DNA of 64,000 bases, taken from assembly GCA_964016885.1 (NCBI GenBank), contig OZ024740.1, positions 72,106,001 to 72,170,000 of the forward strand. The letters run 5' to 3'. The stretch is from Eledone cirrhosa. Lineage: Eukaryota. The notes beneath the pieces were generated by a model that saw nothing but the letters and a program-made list of their open reading frames with translations, was not told the origin of the DNA and ran no database searches. Made by a program: the position numbers and the translations under genes. Of the stretch, positions 14,598 to 27,721 are shown in pieces. Each line of letters begins with the position of its first letter. The first letter of the stretch is position 1.

Positions 14598-14810
14598 TTG
14601 GCAGTATCGATAGAGCGTCAGACACCATGCTTTGTAGCATAGTTATGGCTCTTTATGTCCTGAATTCAAATTCCACGAAGGTTAGCTTTGCCTTTCATCC
14701 TTACGGGGTCGATAAAATAAAGCACCAGTAATGCACTGGGGTCGATTTTAATTGATTTCCCACTCCACCAAAATTGCTGGTCTTGTGCCTAAATCAGAAA
14801 CCATTATTAT
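14598..14810 (+). mobile_element. Short SINE, same family as 5131-5540
   Basis: Same head, core and tail motifs. Partial copies also at about 9050-9195, 9860-10012, 17155-17300(-), 42290-42390(-), 43720-43840(-) and 58970-59085(-). Confidence 0.85.
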
Positions 14811-15727
14811 GATTATTATTGTTAATCTAATATAGTAGGTACTGGGACTCAGAGGAAGGATGTATCAAGTTATAATTAACTTTAGTATAACTGCTTCTGA
14901 ATTAGATAAAAGAAACACTTAATGGAAGTAGATTTGGCAGCCTCCCTTTTGAGGTAAGCCAACACACTGGCAGTGTTACCACTGGTGATAGTGAGGCTAA
15001 GGTGCTGGAACAACCAAGCACTCACAGGCATCACCTGACATCTTGGTAAGGTGAGCCGCCAACGATAAGAACTGCATTGTCAATGGCCCAGCTCCTCCAA
15101 ATGTCTTGAACACCACAGGCTGAAGAAAATACTTATTATTATTATAGAAAACTAATTCTATGGCAAATTGACAGACATGGCTGTGTGGTTGAAGGGGTCA
15201 CTCTATAATCACATGGATTTGGGTTCATTACCACTGCATGGGACCTTGGGCAAGCATCTTCTACTATAGCCTTAGGTTGACTACTGCCTTGAGTGGAATT
15301 TGATAGGGGGAAACTGCAAAATCTGGTTGTTTGTGTTATGTTCCTAGTGTGGTTATGTCTTTCTCTGAAGTCAGTGTCTTAAGGGTTAAGATGTTCTGTT
15401 GATAGTAAGATTGCATTTAATTCCTGACAATGAGTTGTCCTTGAGCAAGACACTTTATTTTATGTTGCTCCAGTTTACTTAACTGGCTAAAATGAGTTGT
15501 ACCTGGAATTAAGAGCCAGCCATGTGTGTGTATGTATGTAGGTGTGTTTCTGTGTGGGTGTGCTTATGTGTTATATTCATGTGTATGCATGTATGTGTTC
15601 AGGTGATGGTTAGTTGTGTAGGTGTATGTCTCTAGTGTGTGTGCAGGTGGTGCATAATATTAATGTATGTGTTTCTGTGTATGTATGCAGGTGGTTATAT
15701 CAATGCATGGGTGTAATGGCTACTCAA

Positions 15728-16136
15728 ATCTCTCTCTGTCTCTCTCTCTCTCTGTCTCTCTCTCTCTCTCTGTCTCTCTCTCTCTCTCTGTCTCTCTGTC
15801 TCTCTCTCTCTCTGTCTCTCTCTCTCTCTATCTCTCTGTCTCTCTCTTTCTCTGTCTCTCTTTCTCTGTCTCTCTCTTTCTCTCTGTCTGTCTCTCTCTC
15901 TCTGTCTCTGTCTCTCTCTCTCTGTCTCTGTCTGTCTCTGTCTCTCTCTCTGTCTCTGTCTGTCTCTGTCTCTCTCTCTGTCTCTGTCTCTCTCTGTCTC
16001 TGTCTCTCTCTCTGTCTCTCTCTGTCTCTGTCTCTCTCTCTGTCTCTCTCTGTCTCTGTCTCTCTCTCTGTCTCTGTCTCTCTCTCTGTCTTTGTCTCTC
16101 TCTCTGTCTTTGTCTCTCTCTCTGTCTCTGTCTCTG

Positions 16137-16167
<31 letters not shown>

Positions 16168-16188
16168 GTCTTTGTCTCTCTCTCTCTG

Positions 16189-16222
<34 letters not shown>

Positions 16223-16560
16223 TCTGTCTCTCTCTCTGTCTCTGTCTCTCTCTCTGTCTCTCTCTGTCTGTCTCTGTCTCTCTCTGTCTGTCTCTGTCTC
16301 TGTCTCTCTTTCTCTCTGTCTCTCTTTCTCTCTGTCTCTCTTTCTCTCTGTCTCTCTTTCTCTCTGTCTCTCTTTCTCTCTGTCTCTCTGTCTCTGTCTC
16401 TCTTTCTCTCTGTCTCTGTCTCTCTCTCTGTCTCTGTCTCTCTCTCTGTCTCTCTCTGTCTCTGTCTCTCTCTGTCTCTGTCTTTCTCTGTCTCTCTCTG
16501 TCTCTGTCTCTCTCTGTCTGTCTCTGTCTCTCTTTGTCTCTCTCTGTCTCTCTCTCTCTC
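15728..16560. repeat. Compound (CT)n/(CTGT)n microsatellite
   Basis: About 830 bp of CT/GT low-complexity sequence; source of the long SL/ER-repeat ORFs. Confidence 0.98.
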
Positions 16561-19500
16561 AATATTACTTTCACTCTATTTTTCCTCCTAATATCCTAAA
16601 TCAGCTTATTACCAATAATGGAAGGAAAAGTAAAGAATTGATCTCCGTCTTAAGCCACACAACTGCTGATAACCGCTGGAATCCAATATCAATTCCTCTG
16701 CTTTCCATTCCAGTAACAGAACCTTCTTTTACTCTTCTGTTCCTTTAGTCTTTTGCTGGTTTCATTTTCGACTGCGGCCATGCTGGGACTCAACCTTGAC
16801 GGTGTTTAGTCAATTATATTGTACTTTTTTTTATCAATCTTAGTTTGTTGAACTGCTAAGTTATGGAACATAAACACACATGCATTCAACCGTTGAATTA
16901 ATATATTTCTTCATTGTACTGGGTTGTTTGCTTTGTTGTTTCTGTTTACTTTTTGCAATATATATATATATATATATGCGCGCGCACACACTGACAGGCT
17001 TTTACCATTTCCATTTATCAAATTCCACTCAGAAAGACACTGGTCAACCTGTGACTATAATAGAATGCACTTGCCCAAGGTGTCACATGGTTGCAAAGTG
17101 AACTGTTTAACTACACAGCCATACCTGTACCTATGAGACAATAACAATAAGGGTTTCTGATTTAGGCACAAGGCCAACAATTTTGAGGGATGGGAAAGTT
17201 GATTAAATCAACCCAGTACTTAATTAGTACTATATTTTATCAACCCCGGAAGGATGAAAGGCAAAGTTGATCTCAGTAGGATTTGAACAGAACATAAAGA
17301 GCTGGATTGCTATATCACTGGAACCATTAACTTCCTATCAGTCATTCCAACCTGTACAATCAACAATTGGATGCTTATATTGTGTTGTTTATCAGTAGAA
17401 TTTGCCACCAGCCAATTGGGAGAAGGCATTCTTTGGCTTCATTCTTTCTTCCTGATAATCTACACATGTTATGTTCACTTAACAAAAGGTCACAGACTAG
17501 AATAGAAAGTTTATATCTCTATTGTATTCATCATCTTCTTCCTCCCAAATTAATCTCTAACAATTTAATACTGCACAGTAGAGACAAACAGAAAAAAGTG
17601 TGTGTATATATGTGTGTGGTGTATGTATGTAACCTGATGGTATAGTCATTAAATGACTTTCTATTAATGTGCGAGATAAGAAACCATTATTAAGAAATAT
17701 TTTGTCATGAAATAGAACTGCATCAGTGACCAGGTAACAAAAAGAATGTATGGGTGTGTGATAAGGAACATTGATATTTTACATCTGCTTTCCATGCTGG
17801 CAACAGTTGGATTGGTTGTCATGGCCCAAGACAACGGGTCAGGGAGACCTCATCTTATTGACAACTACTGATTATTTTTCCTATCGAAATTATTGTAGTC
17901 ATCATTTAACATCCGTTTTTCCTGCTAGCAAGGGTTGGACAGATCTTCACTGACTGGATCAGTATTGAAATGGGGGCTACTGACCTCCCAGACAAGCTGG
18001 GGGTTTACATCTCGCATATGGTTCCACATCCTACCAAGTGCATTTTATTGTAGCATCAGCACTAGAAATGGCCATACAGCTGACAGGATCCACTGGAAGG
18101 AGCGTTTGAGGACTCTACTCCTATGACTCTCCCAGGAATAAGTAGGCGAAGAAGACGACCTTATTCGGGGCTGGAAGAACAGAACCTATGATCTTTTTTG
18201 GAGGCTTTCTAAGATTGGTGAAAGGCAGTTACCTTCATGTAGACACCTGACCCAGAGGCTTGCAATAGAGTGGGCCCTGCTAAAGACACCCAAAGGCAGT
18301 TTCAGAAAGGTTAAATCATGTTTTACAAAATTATTTTAAATGTCTCTAATCAAAATTTTGGAGGGATTTAGTAAATTAATCAACTTTATCAATAAGTTGA
18401 TGTCTGAAACAAAGAATCTTACATATTATGGTTTTTAGCTAGATATAAACCACCCATGGTGGTTTCAGGGGGTTAATCCTTGCTCAAACCTGATTAAGCA
18501 GATTTATGATCAAATATGTTTCAGTTGTAACCATCCCATCTTTTTGTATATCTAAAAATTTAGTAAACATACACTCATCAATGTAATTTTAAAGCTATGT
18601 GATTTGAGGTGGGGTTTGCTATTTCTTGCTGTTTGATCAACCACAAAGAGTTCCCCTTGTTAGCCCATGTCAAAAATTCATATTCATAGTGACAAGTTGT
18701 CTCCCTGACCAAGACAGTTGTTTATGTTATAAACAAGCTCCCTGCCCAATTAAGCAAGCAATAACATAGCTATTACCATTGAGGTTAATTAGTGATATTA
18801 TATTAATAAATATTGATAGCTCCATCATGACATTTAGTAAACAATTATTAAAAATGCTGTAAATTGATGAGCATTTTAAAAAAAGTTGTTTCTTTTAAAA
18901 ACAGAATTTAATGAAACATTGTTTGTTTTTTCCATCATCTTGGCCAGTGTTTATTTTGATTGTTGGCTAAAGCTTATTGAGTGCTTCTGCTAGATTAATG
19001 TTAATCTGCTGAGAAGCTTTGCTGCTGTCAGTCAACTCATAAGTATTTGATCAATTGAACTTTGTCATTGATTGATATTTGGTTTGTCTAAATGAAAAGG
19101 ATGTCAAAATATTTTTTTTTTTTTTTTTTAAATTTCTTTTTATCACCAACCTTCCCTCTCGAAACGACCACTCAATTCTTTTGATACCAACCTCTCCAGA
19201 AACTGCCCCTGATTTTATGATACAAAGCTGTTTGTTTTATAGTGTTGTTAATCATTATCAAGTCACTATATCCTGCTTGTACATTCCATATTTAGCTTGG
19301 CTTCTAAAATGACCCTCCTAATGCCCACCACTTTACAGATTGTACTGGGCATATTTGATTAGACTGGACTGGGGGCTTATTGTAGCACTAGCACAACCTC
19401 TTTAGTAGAATGTATTTACTAATATATATATACTTCATCATTTAACATCTGTTTTCTCTGCTAGCAAGGATCTCTCTAAAGCTTTTCCATTATAATTTTA

Positions 19501-19974
19501 TGTAAGAGCCTTTGTTCTGTACACCAGCTTAAAATTGATAGTTATATTGCTGTTTCAGATTCAAATTTTGAAAGCTCTCTCTCTCTCTCTGAGAGGGAGA
19601 GAGTAATTGTGACTATATTACCTCTTACAATAGTAATTAACATGTATTAATCTATTAATTCTTATGTAACACATCAGACAGAAAATATGACACAATCACT
19701 TGCTCTAGGTCAAACTAATTAACATACATGTGTGTCTATCCAGTCAGTTTAGAATAGAGACTCTGTATCCCTGCATGCTATAAGAAGGGACTCTGGTTGT
19801 AAAACATTGCCTCAAAAAGTCCTGTTCAAACCATGCCACTATGGGAAAGTCAATGTAAAAATAATGATGATGATATGTTGAACTTTCTTTCCCCTTTTCT
19901 ATATAAAGCATGAAACTAAGACTTTTTGTACCTCTGTTTTGTTCTTTCCTTGAAATTATATATATAAATAAAGC

Positions 19975-20077
19975 GAAAGTAGAGGATCTATCACGAGGTC
20001 AGAGGCTTCGACTAGGTACCTCTTCTGAAAAGGTAACTAGCAAAAACTGCTGAGCTTACAGTAGATCCTCTACTTTC
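19975..20077. repeat. Inverted repeat with decayed hammerhead-like remnants
   Basis: GAAAGTAGAGGATCTA ... TAGATCCTCTACTTTC outer arms. Inner CTGAAAAGGTAACTAG is imperfectly mirrored by CTAGGTACCTCTTCTG. Confidence 0.6.
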
Positions 20078-20120
20078 ACCCACATACTCACTCTGCCTCT
20101 TACCATGTAATGAGTACCTC

Positions 20121-20157
<37 letters not shown>

Positions 20158-20624
20158 TTCTCTCTCTGTTATATATATATTTTTTTTCCATGTATCACAT
20201 TGATCTGAAGTTGCAATAAGGCAGTTAAATTATTTGAGGTAGCCCCTAAGCACTCAATGATGCAAGAAATGAATTAATTCTTCCACCAAAGTGAACATAT
20301 TAAGTTACAAGGGAATCACCATGAATATATATACACCTAGTGTGTGCAGCCACAGTATATAACAATGAATACCAAAATATATCCTAGAAAATTTTGTCTT
20401 ATATAGAATTAATATTGGAAAAATTGAGGTTAAGAAAAGATATCTCAGTGAAGTAGTTTTAACTCTTTTGTGACCAGATGTCTAACAAGATTGAATGCAT
20501 TCTGCATGTTTTTATTATCAAGGTAATCAAGAATTATGAAAGACTTAGTATACTAACTTTCAACTTAATAAAAGATATGTTTCCATGTCGAAATCTGTTT
20601 TATCTTTCATTTATTATTGAACGG

Positions 20625-20810
20625 TGGATTGGCAGTATCGGTAGAGGGTCAGACGCTATGCTTTGACGCATAGTTACATCCCTTTATGATCCGAGTTCAA
20701 ATCTTGCAGAGGTTAACTTTGCCTTTCATCCTTACGGGGTCGATAAAATAAAAAGTACCAGTAATACACTGGGTAATTGCTGGGCTTGTGCCTAAAATAG
20801 AAACAATTAT
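20625..20810 (+). mobile_element. Short SINE, same family as 5131-5540
   Basis: GGATTGGCAGTATCGGTAGAG head through AGAAACAATTATT tail. Confidence 0.85.
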
Positions 20811-22080
20811 TGAAATTTCATTTCAAAGTTTGAACTTGAAATGAGGGCACTTTAGTAGAGGCTATGGTTAATTTAATATAAATATCTCTAACAACCTCAA
20901 AAAAGCTACACTTGCTGTTTAACTAAGACTACACCATTAAGATTGGGTTATCTTCTTCAGGACCACAAAATACTTCTGCCATGATAGCTGCTTAATTTAT
21001 TTAGTATTGCAGCATAAATACATTTGATATTAGATTACTATTCATACATGTGACTGTGACTCATTACACCCAGCAACTCTGTGTGTATAAACATGCACAG
21101 TTTACACTTTTGATTCCAACTTGCCAAACACTACCATTGGTTCTATGAAATAAACCCCCATTTTAAAGGGTACATATTTAAATTAAAATCTTTCAGCATA
21201 GTTTGACATAAGAACCCTTAAAGTTATGTTACAAATACTAGCTTAATGATGAAATAATGATATCTAATTTAAGCACAAGCCCAGCAATATATAGATTGTT
21301 AGCTTTTGTTAGAAGTTAGATGGCAACAGTTATGTAAATATTTTGGTTTCTTCCTTATAAGTTCTCAGTTAACTTTCTAAGTTTATAGTTGCTGAAACAA
21401 TACTGGTATCATATGGTATAAAATATCCATTTAAAAACATTAACCCTTTTGATACTAACCTGCCTGAGACCATCCCAGGTTCTATGATGTAAAACAAATT
21501 CTTTTGAAGTGTTCATGTATAAATTAAAACCTTCCATCATAATTTTATCTAAGAACCTTTTAAGCTATGCTCCAAACACTACCGTTGGTGTAGACCTCTC
21601 ATCTAGGATGCCACATGGCTGCAACCTAGTGCGTTTGGTTACCTGCCCAGTATTCGATACCTACCAGGCCGAAGAGGGCAAACTGTTGAAGTATCGGCCT
21701 CTCTGATAGATTTGTGGTTGAGTTGGTGGCAATGCAGACCTCTGCTCACTGTTATCGGAGCAGTTAGCTACCCATAATTGTGAGATCTGCAAGGTAGAAT
21801 GGCTGTTTCAGTTCATCTCCCTCACCATCCTTTGGAGCAATATCTTCTCCATCCTGTCAGCCAGAACCACGAGGTTGGCTAAGTTTCATGGTGGCATGTG
21901 GAATAGATTTACTTCCATAAGCATGAGTAGGTTGAGAAATGGAAAAGTCCTTCCGAATACTTACTTTTAAAATGATTTTAAAATTGTAGGCAATGTATTT
22001 TATTAGAAATACGGTAATGAAAAGATGAATGGAAGCAAAGTTTAAAAGTTAATAAATAACAATGAGTAAAGATAGTTTAA

Positions 22081-22614
22081 CCCTTTTGTTACCATTCCTC
22101 CTCCTCCTTCTTTGCCCACTTATTCTTGAGAGGGTCGTAGGGGCTGTCCTCAAACACTCCCTCCAGCGTGTCCTGTCAGAAGCAACTGTCTCCAACTTAT
22201 TTGCCGGGATCCCCAAGCGTGACCAGCCAAGCTCATGGATGTTATCCAACCATCTTGCTCGGGGTCTACTCCTGGGTCTCCTACCTGTTGGTTTTGCCCA
22301 TAAAATCTGCCCAGCAATTTCCTGAGACATTTTAACCACATTCCTAATTTTGAAAATAAAGAATATGGAGAAGTTTAGTAGTATAACACATTGTCATAAT
22401 TAAGCTAATGTTTGGAACATAACTTAACTAAGGTTTTTACATAAAATTAAGATGGAAAGGTTTTTGAGAAATATAAACTTTGTCATCATTTAATGACTGT
22501 TTAAATGATGTTTATATTTATCTAAAACTTTCCATCTTAATGTTATGTAAGAGCCTTTGTTAGCAAAGTATCATAGAACCAGGAGTCCTTTTAGGCAGCT
22601 TTGTATCAAAAGGG
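22081..22614. mobile_element. piggyBac-like MITE (abundant family) with nested RTE 3' fragment (about 22096-22342)
   Basis: TTAA-CCCTTTTG ... CAAAAGGG-TTAA termini. Many decayed copies, for example about 2470-2716, 23616-23790, 24176-24420, 24766-24977, 47546-47760 and 52810-53225. Confidence 0.8.
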
Positions 22615-25431
22615 TTAAAGATCTGAGTCTTAGAAAATAACCATAATCTCTGAGATAACACAACTACAAAGTGAAAGGGAAGGAAGGGTTTTCTGCCAAG
22701 CTATATTTGCTTTGAGATTGTTTTTGGTTTAGGATTTCATGGAATCTAAAAAAAAATAACCTTAGGTACATTTTACCTGCATAGAAAAATAAAACCAACA
22801 GAAATAAAAAAGAGATGCTGTATGGTATGTGATGGCATCTAAGACAATTAATGTTACTTATTTGTTCTAGTTAGAAAATCAGTATTGTTTTTATTTTGTT
22901 GAAGTCAGCCTTTAAGTGGATAAATATGTCTTTGACTAATTTGTGTTATTTTGTGCTATTTATTCATCTCATCATACAGAGATGATAGTTTGTCCATCTG
23001 GTGCTTCCTGTTGCTAACCTTGTACTGAATGTATTAGCTGGCTTGTGGAATGTACTATAAAGCTTGTCTCTTGAGAAAAGACAAGATCATATAAATATAT
23101 ATATCATCGTCATTATCATTATCGTTTAACGGCCATCTTCCATGCTAGCATATATCATTTAACATCTGGGAAAATACTGTTAAGTTTACTTTTCTCTCTT
23201 TCACCCAAGATAGCGTTACCCAGATATTTTATGTTTAACCCCTCCCTATGGTTTTCAAATCATTTTGAAAATCATCTAGAACTTTATCATTATTAAGCAG
23301 GCGTTTGTAACATAATTTAAGGAAGTTCCTTATATGAAATTATCATTTAATGTTTTTAGATAAAATAAACACTTGAAATCAAACAGCTTAATATTTTAGA
23401 ACCTGGGGTTGTTTCATGTGGTTTGATATCAAATGGGGGAATATCATGCAATTCAAAGTTCTTAAAGGTAAGATTTTATCAATGACTGGGTACTTTGAAA
23501 ACAATTACTTTCAAAAAAATATATAAATAAAATTTTAAAAAATAAATAGAATTATGTATATAAAGAATAAGATATGAATAACATTTCTGCCATAAATTTA
23601 GCACTGGCCATCTATTTAACCCTTTCATGACTGTAATTCTAATGAAATATACTCCATTTCAATTAAGAATTTTTGAGGGATTTACTAAAATTATATTTGA
23701 AGATTTTAATTTAGATAGAAACCCCATAAAATTGGTGTCTGCCTTTCATAGAATAAGGGTCGGTTTGTGACAGGCTGGTATTGAAAAGGTTGAGGGTTTA
23801 AGGATTGAATATGATTAACCTTTTACCATTTATAATACTATTATATTTTCATGGTAAATGCTTTATCTCACAAAATTATCTCGCGTATCGAATCTGAGAT
23901 TTTGATATTTTTATTTTGAGAATAATACCTTAACATCAGTATGAGTGGCCTATTTGAACAGAAAGAGGTGAGAGAATTCTGACAGGATACAACCGGTTTA
24001 AAAGCTAAGAGGTTGAAGAGCTCTCTAAGAGTAAATTTTGAACGATTTGGAACTCACTTCATTTGAAAAATTGTGAAGTATAGGTTTGCTCTTAAAAGAT
24101 AGCAGTGTTTTCTTTTTTTTTTTTTCAATTAAAATATAATAGCTAATTTGTGTTAAGTACCAGAAACATTGAATTTAACCCATTTGATACCAAATCACCT
24201 GGTTTTATGATGCAAAGCTGTTTATTTAAAAGTGGTGTTTATATGTATCTAAAAGCCTTCAACTGTAGTTTTATGCAAAAACCATTGTTAGATTTCAAAC
24301 ACCAACTTAATAATGACAGTTAATTATTTTACTAAATCTCATCAAATTCTTGATTATTTTCAAAATTATTTGCAACAGATTGGCAATGTATTCATTAGAA
24401 ATATAGTAACAAAAGAGTTAAAAAATTTCTTTTTACACTTTAACAAAGATATGTTGTGGAAAATGGACGTCGTATGATGATAAATAAATCAATTTATTTC
24501 TTTTCTTTAGTTCTATATTATGATAGTTTAATGGTTTAGGAGGAAAACCTAGTGCTATACATAGACTTCTTTCACTCTTTTGATTTTCCTGCTGTCTGCA
24601 CATGAGTTCTTACACAAGTGTTATTGATTTAAATTCTATTGTCTCAAACCACTAACACTATGAATTTGAAGTCATAGCATATATTATGAATTAGAAAACC
24701 AACTTTGATTCTAAAATTGTTTCAGCATTGTTCTACTAACTGTAGAATTAGAATAAAGGGCTTTATTAACTCATTCATTACTGTATTTTTAATGAAAGAA
24801 GCTACCTGATTTTCAAATAATTTTAAAAATAATCAAGAATTTTGAGAGATTTAGCAATATAACTTTCTCATTATTAAAGTGATGCTTGGAACATAACAAA
24901 AAAGTTATATATAAACACTTTAAAATAAACAGATTAGTGATGGAATAGTTTCAGGCAGCTTGATATTAAAAGCGTTAACTGTTACTTAATTTGTCTTAAC
25001 CTTTTCATTACCATCCAATCAAATCCAAGGCCCTCACACTCATTTACCATAGCCTTGGGTCGGTCCTGGTCTTGTGTGAGAAATTTGGTAGATAGAAATT
25101 GTTTGGATGTACTGCAATGGCCTCTACCTGTAATTCAAAGGGCCAGCTATGTCACACTATAATGCTGAATTTCCCTAAGAATTACATTAAGGATACGTGT
25201 GTTTATGGAATGCTCAGCCACTTGCACGTTAATTTCATGAGCAGGCTCTCATTGGTCAAACTGGAATGCTCATCATCGAAAGTGATGGAGATCCATTCCA
25301 TATATTCTGCAAATGGTTTAAATAGTTTATAGAAAATATGGTTTTATTCTCATTCTGATGACTTCTCTCTGTAATTTAATGATTTCTAATTTAGGCACCA
25401 AGCCAGCAGTTAGGGAGTGGAAAAGTAGATT

Positions 25432-25530
25432 ACTGTATTTTTCAAATATAGGACACACACTAACATTTTACCCTCAAAATCACTGTGCATCTTATAAGGT
25501 GAAGGTCGGGTTTGGGGTAATTACCGTATG
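25432..25530 (+). mobile_element. Possible decayed pogo/Tigger-like DNA transposon terminus
   Basis: TACTGTATTTTT...TATAGGACACAC...GTGCATCTTATA resembles TACCGTATTTT...TATAAGACGCAC...GTGCGTCTTATA termini. No matching right end found. Confidence 0.35.
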
Positions 25531-26824
25531 TCAAAATTTTATAATTAAAAAGTAGGAAATATTTAGACTTTTGTTTAAAATTTTTGAAAGTATTAAAATT
25601 GAGGACTAATTTTGTACAGTAAGGAGGGTAAAGAACTTAAACACTGTAATAGCTGTCAAACCTGGTGAACTGACTTTTCAATTACAACCCCTTGATGTTT
25701 CACTAAACAAGCCCTTTAAGGCACACATGAGAGAGGAATGGCATAATTGGATGAAGGACCCTACATGAACTGACACCAACAGGATGTATGAAGAGGCTTA
25801 CATTTTCCCAGGTAAACCAGTGGGTGAAAAACTCAGGTGCTGTGAAAACCAAGACATTTATAAAAAAAATTTTTAAATGTGGTATATAGCAACGCCCTCG
25901 ATCGCACCAAAGATGATTTTCTGTATAATGATAGCTACACAAGTGATTCTGAAAATAGCAATAACCCCGAGGAATAGGAGGAAGATGAATTTCAGGAACT
26001 AATTTAATGAAAAACCATCAAAAATATATTGCTTTGATGTCATTAGTTATAGACAAACAAGGGTAATTTTTGTATATATTTAATTTCATCAACTTAAAAC
26101 ATTTCTGACAGATTGCCTCTGTTTTTAGTTTTATATAAATAGTTATAACCCTCTCTTATCTAATCACAATGAGAGTGGGTGTATTATTTGACAAACTGGC
26201 TCCAGTTTAGATGCTTCATTTCATGCTTTTTGGTTAGGATTCCAACACTAGCTTAGTTATGTTGTTTGTTGTCATTTTGAGAATGGTTTCATTGACACAA
26301 ACACAAGTTATATTGAGGATAATAGTTGAAAGAATTCATTAAAATATTTTATTAGTATATTTTATATAATTATTGTTAATAGTAATTTTCCAAGTATACA
26401 GTAGATTAGTCACTGTTAAATATAATTTGGATATAGCCCTAGTTTTAGAGTATTTGATGTTAAACTATAAAGATGGGAAGGCATGTGGTCTAGTTGTAAG
26501 AATATTGGGCTTATGATGACAAGGTTGTGGGCTCGATTCCTGGATTGGGTGGTATGTTGTGTCCTTGGATAATATGCTTCATTTCGTATTGCTCCAGTCC
26601 ACCCAGCTGAAAAACAGAATGAGTTCTAACAGGGACCTCATCATTAAAGCATCCAAGAAACATCCTATGGGGCACAATCTTGTATGAACCCAGCTAAGTC
26701 TACATAGGTATGAAAATGAAATGAAATTTACAGTTCCTACCTGATATTTAGCAATACAATACTAACTTTAGACATGTTTCAATCTTAGTAAATTATTAGT
26801 CTATTTATCTAGCTTGGCTTCAGT

Positions 26825-26883
<59 letters not shown>

Positions 26884-26952
26884 AAAAAGAGATGAAATCG
26901 AAAATGCAACTGGAGTCTTATTTTTTTTTTAAATATATATATTTATTTGGTT

Positions 26953-26990
26953 CCTTTACCGGTTTCGCAGTTCTTCTGCTTTTCAAAAGG
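26953..26990 (-). ncRNA. Identical minimal hammerhead copy on the opposite strand
   Basis: Exact reverse complement of 27066-27103, in the left arm of the palindrome centred at 27028. Confidence 0.72.
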
Positions 26991-27065
26991 TGAGTTGAGA
27001 TGGAGGGTCTGTGGTTTTTCTCACATCTGATGTGAGAAAAACCATAGACCCTCCATCTCAACTCA

Positions 27066-27103
27066 CCTTTTGAAAAGCAGAAGAACTGCGAAACCGGTAA
27101 AGG
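27066..27103 (+). ncRNA. Minimal type I hammerhead ribozyme, U3-A8 core variant (Penelope-like type)
   Basis: CCUU | UUGAAAA | GCAG-AAGAA-CUGC | GAAA | CCGG | UA | AAGG. Stem I CCUU/AAGG, 4-bp stem II, self-complementary ACCGGU stem III, GUA cleavage triplet, AATAAA just downstream. Confidence 0.75.
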
Positions 27104-27234
27104 AACCAAATAAATATATATATTTAAAAAAAAAATAAGACTCCAGTTGCATTTTCGATTTCATCTCTTTTTCTTTATACTTTCACTCGTGTAGGACACC
27201 TCGGTTATTTTTCATTTTGTAAAAAAAGCCTCAC

Positions 27235-27284
<50 letters not shown>

Positions 27285-27286
<2 letters not shown>

Positions 27287-27689
27287 TAGCAGTGGTACCC
27301 GGCGTTGCACAGGATAATGTATTTTGGAACTCAGACCTCATCGTGTAAAAATTGCATGCCTGGACAATATGTAAAGAAAATAAACCGAATACTCTGATGG
27401 CTGGATAATCTTTAAGATTTTCCTCAATGAAGCAGGAAAAATGCAGGTTTTCACCTAATGCGGGCCCTAGGGATCAAGAAAATGAATTTTTTTTTTATGT
27501 GCATAATATGCCTTGAAATTTCGGGGGAAATCGGCTAGACGTAACATCTCAAAAAAGCCCTAAAAAGCTGAAAAAACGCAGTTTTTCACCTAGGGATCAA
27601 AAAGTTGAATTTTTTTTTATGTGCATAACACTCCCTCCCTGAAACATAAGTAATACACATGTAAAGTTTGAAAAAATCGGTTGGGTACT

Positions 27690-27721
<32 letters not shown>

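Larger units (their letters stand above)
26881..27175. repeat. 295-bp near-perfect palindrome, probable inverted Penelope-like pseudo-LTR fragment
   Basis: 147-bp arms, 1-nt spacer (27028), one mismatch (27011 G / 27045 T). (AT)n tracts at about 26827-26880 and 27240-27285. Confidence 0.93.

Noticed and set aside
15614-16748. Long ORFs of 218-325 aa
   Set aside because: They are translations of a CT/GT microsatellite (SL or ER repeats). The same applies to 4017-4205, 34333-34560 and 43013-43401.
17367-17645. ORF containing FFLPDN as a candidate CerS first exon
   Set aside because: Lacks the FWLP-x-x-x-x-W-x-DL pattern, the hydrophobic helix and a suitable phase-2 donor.
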